In this document: positions 48,520 through 58,048 of the stretch, one piece after another
Position numbering within the stretch: position 1 is the stretch's first letter
Layout of the letters: every line of letters starts with the position of its first letter
Origin: Dehalococcoidia bacterium
GTDB taxonomy: Bacteria; Chloroflexota; Dehalococcoidia; Lucifugimonadales; QGNO01
DNA length: 64,000 bases
Assembly (NCBI GenBank): GCA_965261825.1
Contig: CBDHED010000002.1
Coordinates: 18,103 to 82,102, forward strand
Reading direction: 5' to 3'
Notes under the pieces: generated by a model
Database searches by the model: none
The model's input: the letters and a program-made list of their open reading frames with translations, nothing else
What the model was told of the DNA's origin: nothing
Made by a program: the position numbers and the translations under genes

Positions 48520-50273
48520 GCCCTAGCGCCTTACCAGCTCGAGACCTATAAGAAGGCCGACGTGGAACGGGACGAGTTCGAGCAGGGCCGAGAGGAAGCG
48601 CTGGCGGGCATCTTCAGAAGCCGCTACTTGAAGCGCTTCGAGTCCAGCGTGGACGCCTTCCGCATCAGCGTGCGGCGCGCCCTGGAGTTCACCAAGACCT
48701 TCGAGAGCTACCTGCTGGACGGCAAGCTCCTCGACAGCACGTCCTTTCAGAAGGCCATGCGGTACCTCGCCCGCGAAGACGAGGACGACGGCGGCGCCCC
48801 AGCGAGCCGGGCCGACGAGATGGACGCTAGCGATGAGGCGAGAGAGGTGCTAGAGAGCCTTGAGTCGTTGGATACCAGCCAGTATGAGCTCAGAAGGCTG
48901 CACGAGGCCCTCCAGCACGATGTGGACTCCCTGACCGAGCTATGGCGGCTGGTCGGCGGCATCACCCCCGGCCAGGACTCCAAGCTTCAGACCCTCAAAC
49001 AGATGCTGTCGAAAGACCTGAAGGGGCAGAAGGTCATCGTGTTCACCTACTACCGGGACACGGCTCGTTATCTGTACAGAGAGCTGGGCGGCGACAGTGG
49101 CGCAAACTTCCGCAAGGATGCGGGGGAGCCGACGATTCGTCGCATGGACGGCGGCGCTTCGCCTACGGAGCGGTCCCGGCTCATACAGGCTTTTGCCCCG
49201 CAGTCCAACAACAGGCCAGACTTGGTCGGCTCCGATACGGAATTGGACATCCTTGTCTCAACGGACGTGCTGTCCGAGGGCCAGAATCTCCAAGACTGCG
49301 GAGTCCTAGTCAACTACGATCTGCACTGGAACCCCACTCGCATGGTTCAGAGGGCGGGACGTATCGACCGTATCGGGTCGAGGCACCCCCTGCTGTGGGT
49401 GCACAACATGTTCCCGGAAGAGGGGCTGGAGCGGCTCCTTGGCCTCGTGGAGAGCCTGAATCGCAAGATCACCGACATCGACCGCACCGGATTCCTCGAC
49501 GCGTCGGTGCTAGGTGAAACGGTTCACCCCAGGAATTTCAACACCCTGCGCCGCATCATGGACGAGGACGGCACGGTGATAGAGGAGCAGGAGCAGTTCA
49601 CCGAGTTGGCCAGCAACGAGTTCTTGCTTCACCAGTTGCAAAACCTACTGGACACGGGGGCGCGTGAGATGCTCGAAGAACTGCCGGACGGAATCCACTC
49701 CGGGTTGGCGCGAGTTGGCGAGACGGGAATGTTCTTCTACTTCACCGCGCCCGGACCGAGGGGTGGGGGGCTGCGGCACTTTTGGCGCTACTACGACATC
49801 AAGGGGGACCGAGTGCTCGACAACAGGTTCCTCATCGCCAATCTGATCGCCTGACACGCCGCGAGTGGTGGGCGACTGCGATGTCTTCGCCATCCAAGAC
49901 AGGGTGATCGACGACATACTCAGTTCCGTGCGTGAACAGCAGGCGGTGGAAGCAGCGCCCAAGAATCCTAGACCCGCTGCAACAGACGGTGATAACGCTG
50001 CTGCGGGGGTACCTTGATAGCCCGACAGTCAAGCGAACTGAGGTCAGGGAGGCAATGCAGCGCCTGCAGTTCCCGATGACCCACGCGGCCATCCGAGATC
50101 TGCGACGGGCTTGCGAGCGATTCCAACGGAATCAGGATATCGGCCCAATCATTAGCCACGTGGTTTCCATGGATGCTGTTGAACCCGACGGTGCGTCATC
50201 CGGCTCTGGCGCCCAACCTCCGCTAGCGCAAGAGGACCTGCACTTAGTCTGCTTCGACTATATCTGGAGCTAG
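48520..50273 (+). pseudogene. SNF2-family helicase, C-terminal half only, with further frameshifts near the 3' end
   Basis: Helicase-C motifs are present (KVIVFTYYRDTARYL, STDVLSEGQNLQDCGVLVNYDLHWNPTRMVQRAGRIDRIG), but there is no SNF2_N/DEAH half. After 49854 the sequence continues sensibly only by switching frame twice (DTPRVVGDCDVFAIQDRVIDDILSSVREQQAVEAAPK, then ILDPLQQTVITLLRGYLDS...). Confidence 0.65.
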
Positions 50274-50543
50274 TGCAGGAACTCAATCGGCCCGCTGCGG
50301 GAATCTTGTCGTGAACAAGCTCTGCCAAAGACGCTTCCCCCCGGTTACCTGACAACTCGCCCTACCTTTTCCCACATGAGGGAGTACCTGACACTGCCAC
50401 CGTCGCTTGATCGCCGAGTACCTCCAGCGACATTGGGGTGATGTGGAGATCGTTCATTTAGGCTAAGATGTTGAAACGATTCAGGAGACAGACAAGAGAT
50501 TTGGATAGGCTGGCATTTAGCCACCGAATCATGAATTACTATC

Positions 50544-50759
50544 ATGAGCTATAAATCTGGCATCGAGTGGACTGATACAACCTGGAATCCCGTAACCGGT
50601 TGCACTAAGATTACACGTGGGTGTGACAACTGCTACGCCGAGCGTCTAGCTGAGAGATTTCGGGGCACTCCAGGACATGTTTTCGAAAGAGGGTTCGATC
50701 TTACGCTTCGCCCAGAGCGGCTACCCCAGCCTCTGTCATGGAAACGCCCACGAATGATT
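50544..50759 (+). pseudogene. Phage Gp37/Gp68-family (DUF5131) protein, N-terminal fragment
   Basis: SGIEWTDTTWNPVTGCTKITRGCDNCYAERLAERF is the conserved DUF5131 N-terminus. Family-like sequence stops after about 72 codons. Confidence 0.6.
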
Positions 50760-50799
50760 GACTGCTTTGGGTGGCGCCTCCGTGGCAGTGGGCGAATCT

Positions 50800-51221
50800 C
50801 CCTCCCCTCGGCTGCCGGCACTCGCTGGTGGGTCCGTCCGTGACAGATGTTTGCCACCACGTTCGGATGGAGATCGAAGGCCTCGGCCAACTCCGAGATG
50901 CGCCGCCCCTTCTGATAGTGTGCCCGGATCTGCGCAACCTGCTTCACGGCAAGGCGGGCGACGGCGGCCTTCTTTCTCCGGAGACCTCTCCGTGACTCCC
51001 ATGCGCCTTGCCACATCCTCCAGGCTGATACCATCAGAGGGGTCGGCGGCTACGACGCGACGGTGAGTGCGGCCGTGACAGATGTTCGCGGCAACGGACG
51101 GATGCACTCTGTAGACCCTGGCCAGCTCCTTGATCGAGTGGCCCTGCTGGTAGTGCAGACGCATGAGAGCTATCAGACTGCTGGCCAGCCAGTTCTTTCT
51201 ACGTGCCATAGGGGCCTCCAT
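50800..51221 (-). CDS. Tandemly duplicated HTH-like units (two ~55-aa copies in different frames)
   Basis: Unit 1 is RRKNWLASSLIALMRLHYQQGHSIKELARVYRVHPSVAANICHGRTHRRV. Unit 2 is RRKKAAVARLAVKQVAQIRAHYQKGRRISELAEAFDLHPNVVANICHGRTHQRV. The DNA period is about 243 bp (CCGTGACAGATGTT at about 50838 and 51073). Confidence 0.35.
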
Positions 51222-51284
51222 ACAACAAAACTTGTACTCATCTCAACAAATGTTGAATACACTACTCACTCCTTTCCTACCACC

Positions 51285-51554
51285 TTATGAACAAGCGCCC
51301 CAGCGCTGTGCATCTTCCCACACTGGCAGCCTCCCTTCAGATAGTGAGATAAAGGTGTCGGATTTCCCATTCCGTTCAGGGTGACCTGCGTACTCATCCC
51401 GTGTGCAGTGGGCATAGTACCCATCGGCTGATAGGAAACCGTAGCAGCGGCGACCCTCTCCCTGGGCTAGGTCCGCGTGCCGCCACACACGGGGTACGGG
51501 TGGTTGGCTCTGAACTGTTGCCAGGACTCTCGACCATCTTTCTTTATCTGCCAT
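51285..51554 (-). pseudogene. Possible N-terminal fragment of a phage/plasmid primase-type protein
   Basis: CYGFLSADGYYAHCTRDEYAG...TFISLSEG loosely resembles the Cys/His N-terminus of P4-type primase genes that follow alpA. The ORF ends prematurely. Confidence 0.25.
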
Positions 51555-51759
51555 CCGATGGGTCCCACTTCCTATCCGGAGACTGGAGCCAGGCAACTAT
51601 GTCTGGCTTACGCCAGCCTACAGCGCGGGCACCCAAGCGGATCGGCGGAGGGAAACTGCCGTCAGCCACCTTCTTGTAGATCGTTGCCCTCGCCAAGCCG
51701 GTCACTTGGGAGACTTTATCTCTGCGTATTATTTGATTTTCCTCTAGTGCGTCATCCAT
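51544..51759 (-). CDS. alpA: AlpA-family phage regulatory / excisionase-like HTH protein
   Basis: IIRRDKVSQVTGLARATIYKKVADGSFPPPIRLGARAVGWRKPDIVAWL is the canonical AlpA pattern. I use the ATG at 51759. Confidence 0.7.
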   Translation of the reverse strand: MDDALEENQIIRRDKVSQVTGLARATIYKKVADGSFPPPIRLGARAVGWRKPDIVAWLQSPDRKWDPSDGR

Positions 51760-52333
51760 TGGACTCTCTCCGTTTATTGAATTGGCAATAACTCTAGAGA
51801 GCTCCACATCTGATGTGTGCCAATTAAGTGGGTGCAAAATCGGGGACTTAATTGTCCATTGGGTGTGTCGTACCATGTCTGCGTCCACCCGCGCCTCTGT
51901 TGCTTCCACCATTGCGACTCGGTTTTTGCCTGAAGTGGAGGCGGTGGAGGAAGTGAAAGGAAACCTTACTGCACGTGAGAGTTGGTGGCTTTGTGGCACC
52001 GATCACCACCGTTGCAATAGCCCAATTGCGCCCTCTCCGCTCTTCCGTTATAGTGAATTAAGAGTTCCCTAGTTCAAACGTCTTCTCTCTCGTAGGGAAA
52101 CCCAAGCAGATCAAGATTGTGGGACGGAGTGTGGGATTAGAGACTGTGCCGCTTCGTATCCGTGGCTAAACAGACCTCAGTACGTAGGACGCTCCCTCCG
52201 CCATCTACGCTTGTCCTACGCCGTCCACACTGTAGGCTCTTTATTGCCTTGTTGCCGGGTTGCGTTGCTCCCACAAGGACTGGTGGAACACCATAATTCG
52301 TAGTTCTATGACTGCGTCTGTGACGCATCGTCG

Positions 52334-52936
52334 CTATGATTCCGTTTGCTGCCTCCTGACCATCAGGGCGGCAAAGTTCGCAACCAGGGCGCCGAACAGC
52401 CCTACGCCACCCACCATCAGCACAACGCCGGCAACTCTGCCTGCCGGTGTGCTGGGGACCATGTCCCCGTATCCTACGGTGGTGACGGTTGCGACTGCCC
52501 ACTATATTGAATTCGGAAAGAAGCCGAGGGGGGAGCCACTGCCTTCTTCCACTGTCGTCACGATAGTGGCAACTATCAGGACAAGTCCAACCGCATAGAC
52601 CAGCAGGAAGTCCACGTTGAATATGCGGACGACACCTCTGAATGCTCTGGTTCCGTAGACTGCTATGCGAAGAAGGCGGAAGGGTCGTGCAAATGGAACC
52701 ACGACAATCAGTACATCTAGCCAGTGCTGCATTAGGAAGCCACGACGATCAGGTGATATGGCTGTCTTCACTCCCAGATCGGTGGCAAACAGTGCCCAAA
52801 CAACGACATCAGCAATGAATACCAACCTCTCGCCGCTGGCGATTTCGGCCACCCTGTCCAACGAGATCGCCTGAGGCTGTTGAATATCGCCTTCGATGGC
52901 CTGCACGTTCTCAGAGTTCCTGTGATCGATATCCAT
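52334..52936 (-). pseudogene. Ion-transport (K+ channel) protein interrupted by one in-frame TAG
   Basis: An S4-like RPFRLLRIAVYGTRAFRG lies upstream. The reading frame runs ...FFPNSI-TAG-WAVATVTTVGYGDMVP..., with the stop at 52502-52504. The TVGYGD selectivity filter and the last TM helix therefore lie in the same frame after the stop. A Tyr codon (TAY) would be expected there. Confidence 0.75.
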
Positions 52937-53141
52937 TTGCCAGCTCCGTATGGCCGGATTCTCGTCCCGATCTTGAAAGACCAGCCCGGTCCGACTTTGT
53001 CGGATGCGCCATTATCGTTTTCTGGCCCTTACAGCCATTTGATTCAGCTGTTCCGCTATCCAGGCTAATACCTTAGCCACATCCGACTTAGGCCAGCAAT
53101 TTAACTCTTTAGGCGCCCCTCCATTGTGTATATCTTGGAGA

Positions 53142-54062
53142 CTACCTAAGACCTTGGGAAAGCGTTGTTGGCCGAAGCTCTCCAGCCATCCTGGCTAGGG
53201 CTGCTCCATACAGGAATATCAGACTCGCAATGTAGCTCCACATCATCAGAACGACTACGGAGGCAACCGGACCATAAATAGCGTGCCGCTGACTGGAGAG
53301 ATTCGTAAACCAAAAGAAGAGGTGTTTTCCCATCTCGAACAGGACAACAGCGACCGTTGCCCCGAATGTGGCGTCCCTCCACTTGACGTCAACATTTGGC
53401 AGCCGATGGTATACGATGGCGAACGCGGTCGCTGTAAGGACGACGGGTAGCAGTGCAGAAACGACTCCCAGCACGACGACGGCCAAGGTGGAGACGCCTC
53501 CTGTGACCTCTGAAATCCCTCTACCAAAGCTGACAGCAATCTGCAAGAGCGCCGTGAGCCCAAGGGACAACAGGAAGAGAAGCAGGATCAGTGTAGCGAC
53601 TGATACCTGTGTAACCGTTATCTGTACGATCCTTCTCGCTGCAATTCCGAAGATTCTGTTCACCGACCTATTCGCGGCCATGAAGAGGCCGTTTGCGCCC
53701 AGCACCATGCCTACCAAGGCCACTACACCGAAGGCCAGCGATCCGTTGAGCAGGTTTTGCACCGCCTCGTCTATCAAGTGGTCGGAAGCCGGGAGATAGT
53801 AGGCGAGTATCTCAGTGAGTCTGCTACCAATTACTTCGGCATCGCCAAATGTAGCTACCGCCATGATTACTAATGCGACGAGAGGAAAGAAGGACAGCAT
53901 CGTGAAATAAGCGAGGGATGCTGCGAGGTCAATTCCCCCCGCGTCGATGAGAACCCGCACCGCCCTGATCAAAGCCCTTCCACACCACGCTGTCCGGCCC
54001 AAGGGCAATTCACTCGACATTTTCTCAGAGATTCCCGAAAGTCGCCGTTTCAAGTCGGCCAA
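53142..54062 (-). CDS. YihY/BrkB-family membrane protein
   Basis: DLAASLAYFTMLSFFPLVALVI plus six hydrophobic helices is the typical YihY pattern. Confidence 0.75.
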   Translation of the reverse strand: MADLKRRLSGISEKMSSELPLGRTAWCGRALIRAVRVLIDAGGIDLAASLAYFTMLSFFPLVALVIMAVATFGDAEVIGSRLTEILAYYLPASDHLIDEAVQNLLNGSLAFGVVALVGMVLGANGLFMAANRSVNRIFGIAARRIVQITVTQVSVATLILLLFLLSLGLTALLQIAVSFGRGISEVTGGVSTLAVVVLGVVSALLPVVLTATAFAIVYHRLPNVDVKWRDATFGATVAVVLFEMGKHLFFWFTNLSSQRHAIYGPVASVVVLMMWSYIASLIFLYGAALARMAGELRPTTLSQGLR

Positions 54063-54369
54063 CTATGGCTCCCTCCACCGCCTCACGGCCAACGTCTGCT
54101 GCGTCGACCCCAACCTTATTGGTACCCCTAACTGCACTCACTACAACCTCCCTGACTACCGACACGGAGAGAGTTACCACCTGTCCTGTACCTTCCATTA
54201 CGCCGATGACGGTGTTGCTGACAAATGAGCCTGTCTCGCCAACTATCTCGCCCACGGCCCGGATCGCGCCTCCTACGGTCTCCCGTGCCAGATGTCTCGC
54301 TCCCTGGCCGACAACGTGCGTGCTCATTGTCGCTCTCAGGACGGCAGAACGTACGGTGGTTCCTGTCAC
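54025..54369 (-). CDS. Hypothetical protein, paralog of 54513..54785
   Basis: It shares ...G..G.....VIGVMEGTGQVV.. with the neighbouring ORF (..AIGVIEGTGQVA..). Confidence 0.4.
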   Translation of the reverse strand: MTGTTVRSAVLRATMSTHVVGQGARHLARETVGGAIRAVGEIVGETGSFVSNTVIGVMEGTGQVVTLSVSVVREVVVSAVRGTNKVGVDAADVGREAVEGAIVGRLETATFGNL

Positions 54370-54512
54370 TGTGCGCCGATTCCTCTTCTCATGCCCAAGA
54401 ATCTCTTTGATCTCAAGAGCTACATCTTATGAGGAAAGATTTGACCGTTTCATGTGTGACCTCTGTTGTAGGTAGGAGTTCCTGAGGCACTGGCAAATTG
54501 AAGGCAGACCAG

Positions 54513-54785
54513 CTAGTCCTGCGGATTCCTACAGTCACCCAGCATGTCGCGGAACTTGCCTGAGTGGGTGAGCATTGTCGTGGTGGCTGTGGCAACCTGG
54601 CCTGTGCCTTCTATCACTCCAATGGCAGAATCTCTGATTACCGCACCTGCCTGGGCTCCGATCTTCCCCGTAGCCTGTAGGGCGCCTAAGACTGCATCCT
54701 GGGCCAGATGGCCGGCCTCTCCGGTTATGGTGCGGGCACCCTTCAGCGCGTTGACAGTTGTGTCTCGAACCACATCGATGGCCAC
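54513..54785 (-). CDS. Hypothetical protein, paralog of 54025..54369
   Basis: See the paralog. It has the same Gly/Ala/Val-rich repeat architecture. Confidence 0.4.
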   Translation of the reverse strand: MAIDVVRDTTVNALKGARTITGEAGHLAQDAVLGALQATGKIGAQAGAVIRDSAIGVIEGTGQVATATTTMLTHSGKFRDMLGDCRNPQD

Positions 54786-55108
54786 CTCCAGTTATCTGGC
54801 CTGTGCCCCGCAACGTACCCGATACGAATCCCTAACAGCTGTTCCTACCTTCCCGAGTATCAACATCGTATCCTCCATTCTTAGTTCGGTATCGGTCTGA
54901 TTTGCAGACCCAGATTGTACCATCGATTTGTACCATCGATTGGACGGCATTGCATTTGAGTCTCTAGGATGGCCAACCATTAGTCTCCATGCCTCTCTGT
55001 AGTGCTGATGACGCTCTAGTGTCGTTGTCAATGCTGCTATAGATCGGCCATTGTACGGCCTAAGGGTTCAACCCCTGCAACGCCACTAGCCTTCAAGGAT
55101 AAGGTATC

Positions 55109-56371
55109 ATGACCATTGTGAGAGCACGGATTGTCCAACGGACTCCTTTTTTCTACGGCTGGATTATCGTGGCGGGCGCCTTCTTCGGCGCGTTCGCAAG
55201 CGGGGGTATCCAGGGGTTCACCTTCAGCGTTTTTCTCAAGCCAATGTCAGAGGACTTGGGTTGGGATAGGGCGGCTCTGACCGCGGGAGTCGCGGTCAAT
55301 ACGCTCGTTGCATCCTTCATTGCTCCACTATTTGGATACATTGTGGATAGGCACGGGCCAAGGCCTTTAATGGCCGCCGCCGCCGTAGTGGGAGGAGTCG
55401 CTGCGTTCCTCCTTAGCCAGGTGACGCAGCTCTGGCAGTTCTACCTCATATTTGCCGTTGCCGGCATATTCGGTGGAGCGGCTCTGGGCGAAGTAGTTAC
55501 GCAATCCACCGTAGTCAAGTGGTTCGTGAGACGTCGTGGGCGGGCGGTTGCCTTTGGCAGCATGGGAGGAGCCGCCTCCGGAGCTTTATTAGCGCCAATC
55601 ATCAGCTTCATCGTGGTCAACTCCGGTTGGAGAGGTGGTTGGGTGCTGATGGCGGCTTTGTTCTTCCTCATACTGTTGCCTGTTTCGTTCTTGATGATAC
55701 GCCGTCCTGAGGACGTTGGTCTCAAACCTGACGGGGACGGGTCGCTGGACCCCAGTCAGTCCGGGGGCGGCGCTGACACTGAAAGGTCGTGGACTCTGCC
55801 ACAGGCGCTCCGCGACAAGTCTTTGTGGATTCTAACCGGCTCACTAACGGTAGCCGGTCTATGCGTTTCCTCAGTGGTCATCCACGAGTTCAGCTACATA
55901 ACTGATCGCGGCTTTTCCACCGCCATAGCGGCAGCCGTGCTCAGTACACATGCCGCTATGGCCTCGGTGGGCCGGCTTCTCTGGGGCTTCATAGTAGAAA
56001 GGGTAGCTGTCAGATATGCAATGGCTGCAGTTTTTCTGCTGTGCGGGATGGCGCTTGTGCTCTTGGTAACAGCGGAGTTTGCCGTCTTGCTTCTTGTGTT
56101 TGCCGTTGTCTATGGGCTGAGCATTGGCGGCTACTCCGTGACCACTGCCATAGCCTTTGCCAACTACTACGGTAGAGACCACGTGGGGTCTATTAGAGGA
56201 GCGATCAGCCCTCTGGTTACCGGGTCTGTGGCGCTGGGGCCGGTGCTGATTGCCATGGGATACGACTTCCAGGGAACATACACCAGCGGTTTCCTGGCGA
56301 TGGTGTATGTTCGGTGCGGCAGGCGCACTGGCCTTACTGGCCAAGCCGCCAAGAGAGGCAGAGGACGTTAG
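55109..56371 (+). CDS. MFS transporter
   Basis: 420 aa with about 12 hydrophobic helices. The loop 2-3 motif is GYIVDRHGPRP (MFS D-R-x-G-R-like). Confidence 0.8.
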   Translation: MTIVRARIVQRTPFFYGWIIVAGAFFGAFASGGIQGFTFSVFLKPMSEDLGWDRAALTAGVAVNTLVASFIAPLFGYIVDRHGPRPLMAAAAVVGGVAAFLLSQVTQLWQFYLIFAVAGIFGGAALGEVVTQSTVVKWFVRRRGRAVAFGSMGGAASGALLAPIISFIVVNSGWRGGWVLMAALFFLILLPVSFLMIRRPEDVGLKPDGDGSLDPSQSGGGADTERSWTLPQALRDKSLWILTGSLTVAGLCVSSVVIHEFSYITDRGFSTAIAAAVLSTHAAMASVGRLLWGFIVERVAVRYAMAAVFLLCGMALVLLVTAEFAVLLLVFAVVYGLSIGGYSVTTAIAFANYYGRDHVGSIRGAISPLVTGSVALGPVLIAMGYDFQGTYTSGFLAMVYVRCGRRTGLTGQAAKRGRGR

Positions 56372-56380
56372 GTAGGGTTG

Positions 56381-57340
56381 CTACTGTATGTTCAACGCCT
56401 TGGCCGGATTTGTGACCGTCATCTTCTGGATGTCCAAGTCGCTTATACCCAGGTCCCTCAGCCTGGGTAAGAAATCCTCAAAGATGTAGCAATAACCGGA
56501 GTGGCCACCGCTCCTGAGCCATCTCTTGCGGCTCGTGTCTTGAGAAAGGAGCAGGTTATCCGCGTAGCCCCTTTGGACTAAGGCATGCACTAGCTCAGCC
56601 CGCGTCTGATCTAGCAAGAAGTGCTCCTTCCCAATAACGTCAAACTGGACAAAGCACCCTTCACCGGCCAGCCTGGATAGAACGTCTATGTCCGGCCGTT
56701 CGTCCACATGGCCCACTATAAGCCGAGAAGGACTGACTCCTTCTGATTTGAGGATCTCCAGCTGTTGTACGCCTGCCACTCCGCCAGGCACCTCCATGCG
56801 TCGATTTCCTGTGGTATGTGTCGTGATCACCGCGCCTGTGCGCTTCTGGGCAATGGCGACGGCCTTCAGCACCTTCAACTCCACGCCCTCTACTCTGGCA
56901 CGGTGTATCGCCGACTTGAAAAGACCGCAGCGGCGTTTGCTGGCGCCTACCCCCTCTTCAATCTCTGCTGTTATGTGATCGGCAAGGCGCTCTATTGGCC
57001 ACTCGTAGACGAATTTTGGAATATGGGGCTCGATATAAAATCCGGATGTGGACACTATGTGCACCTCGCTAGCCTCCGACAGCCTTGCCAGCATATCCAG
57101 GTCTCTGCCCCATCCGTTGCAGGTTACTTCCACGATTGCCTTGCCCCCGGCTTCACGATAGGCCCTAAGTTCGGCCACCATTACATCAAAGTCATCCAGC
57201 CGCATGTAGGTGCTCTCAGAACGGGTAGTGCCCAGCAGGTCTACCCTTGGCCCAAAGCGCTGGTCGCACCAGATGTGCTCGTGGGGCAGGCAAAATCCCA
57301 GTTGATCGGGGTCTATTTGGCCTAATACGGTTTGGATCAT
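56381..57340 (-). CDS. Phosphotriesterase-related (PTE/amidohydrolase) protein
   Basis: The N-terminus TVLGQIDPDQLGFCLPHEHIW has the HxH metal site typical of the PTE family, and the length is right (319 aa). Confidence 0.7.
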   Translation of the reverse strand: MIQTVLGQIDPDQLGFCLPHEHIWCDQRFGPRVDLLGTTRSESTYMRLDDFDVMVAELRAYREAGGKAIVEVTCNGWGRDLDMLARLSEASEVHIVSTSGFYIEPHIPKFVYEWPIERLADHITAEIEEGVGASKRRCGLFKSAIHRARVEGVELKVLKAVAIAQKRTGAVITTHTTGNRRMEVPGGVAGVQQLEILKSEGVSPSRLIVGHVDERPDIDVLSRLAGEGCFVQFDVIGKEHFLLDQTRAELVHALVQRGYADNLLLSQDTSRKRWLRSGGHSGYCYIFEDFLPRLRDLGISDLDIQKMTVTNPAKALNIQ

Positions 57341-57358
57341 CTGTGCATCCTACGTTAC

Positions 57359-58048
57359 CTAGATGAGAACGGAGCCTTCCTTCTCCACCACTTGCAGCAG
57401 GTCGATCACTTCACTCGTTGTGCGCAGCTTTATCAAACCGTGGGCAATGTTGCCGCTTGCGTAGTCTTGACTGGCTCTGGTCAGTGCGGCCACCGCGTCC
57501 GAAACGATCAAACTGCTGACGCCGCGGTCGCTGAGGTCAAGGCATGTCTGGCTTATGCCAAAGTCCAGCATAGTGCCCATAACCGCTACGTTGGCGACAT
57601 TGTTCTCTTGTAAATATCCTGCGAAGTCGGGATTGGATAGCGCGCTCCATCCCGGTTTGGCAAGGACAAACTCCCGCTTACCAGGCTCCCAGGCTCTTGG
57701 ATAACTGCCGTTTTCGCCGTTCAAGTCCCATAGCCAGCCGGTAGCCTGTTGGAAATCTGAAACGTTGTTATCATCGTGGCCCAGGCTGCTAAAGGCCACG
57801 GGCATGCCCAGGTCACGCGCTGCTCTGAGCACTTTAGGAATGTTCTGAGAAATGATGGCGAGCAGCTCGAAGTACTCGTCGAACTCCCTGCTTAGCACCT
57901 TCTCTTTGACGCGACGCGCCAGCCATCCATGCTCCGGGTCAGCAAACGGCGCGTGGAGGTCCTGCAACAGCAAGCATGTGTTGCTCGCAGTCAGAGTGAT
58001 AGGTCTCGACTCCTTGGTGACTAGAGTCAATGGATGACGCAGCACCAT
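57359..58048 (-). CDS. Isochorismatase-like cysteine hydrolase (tentative)
   Basis: It resembles the family in size and in ..LLLQDLHAPF.. / ..VAVMGTMLDFGISQTCLDLSDRG.. patterns. ATG at 58048 overlaps the SDR stop (TGATG). Confidence 0.45.
   Translation of the reverse strand: MVLRHPLTLVTKESRPITLTASNTCLLLQDLHAPFADPEHGWLARRVKEKVLSREFDEYFELLAIISQNIPKVLRAARDLGMPVAFSSLGHDDNNVSDFQQATGWLWDLNGENGSYPRAWEPGKREFVLAKPGWSALSNPDFAGYLQENNVANVAVMGTMLDFGISQTCLDLSDRGVSSLIVSDAVAALTRASQDYASGNIAHGLIKLRTTSEVIDLLQVVEKEGSVLI

Noticed and set aside
43736-50273. Calling the methyltransferase plus SNF2 fragment a DISARM system (or the methyltransferase a BREX PglX).
   Set aside because: Hallmark partners are absent: no DrmA/DrmB (DUF1998) and no PglZ/BrxC/BrxL. 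The SNF2 gene is a truncated pseudogene on the opposite strand, separated from the methyltransferase by vapBC and a response-regulator fragment.
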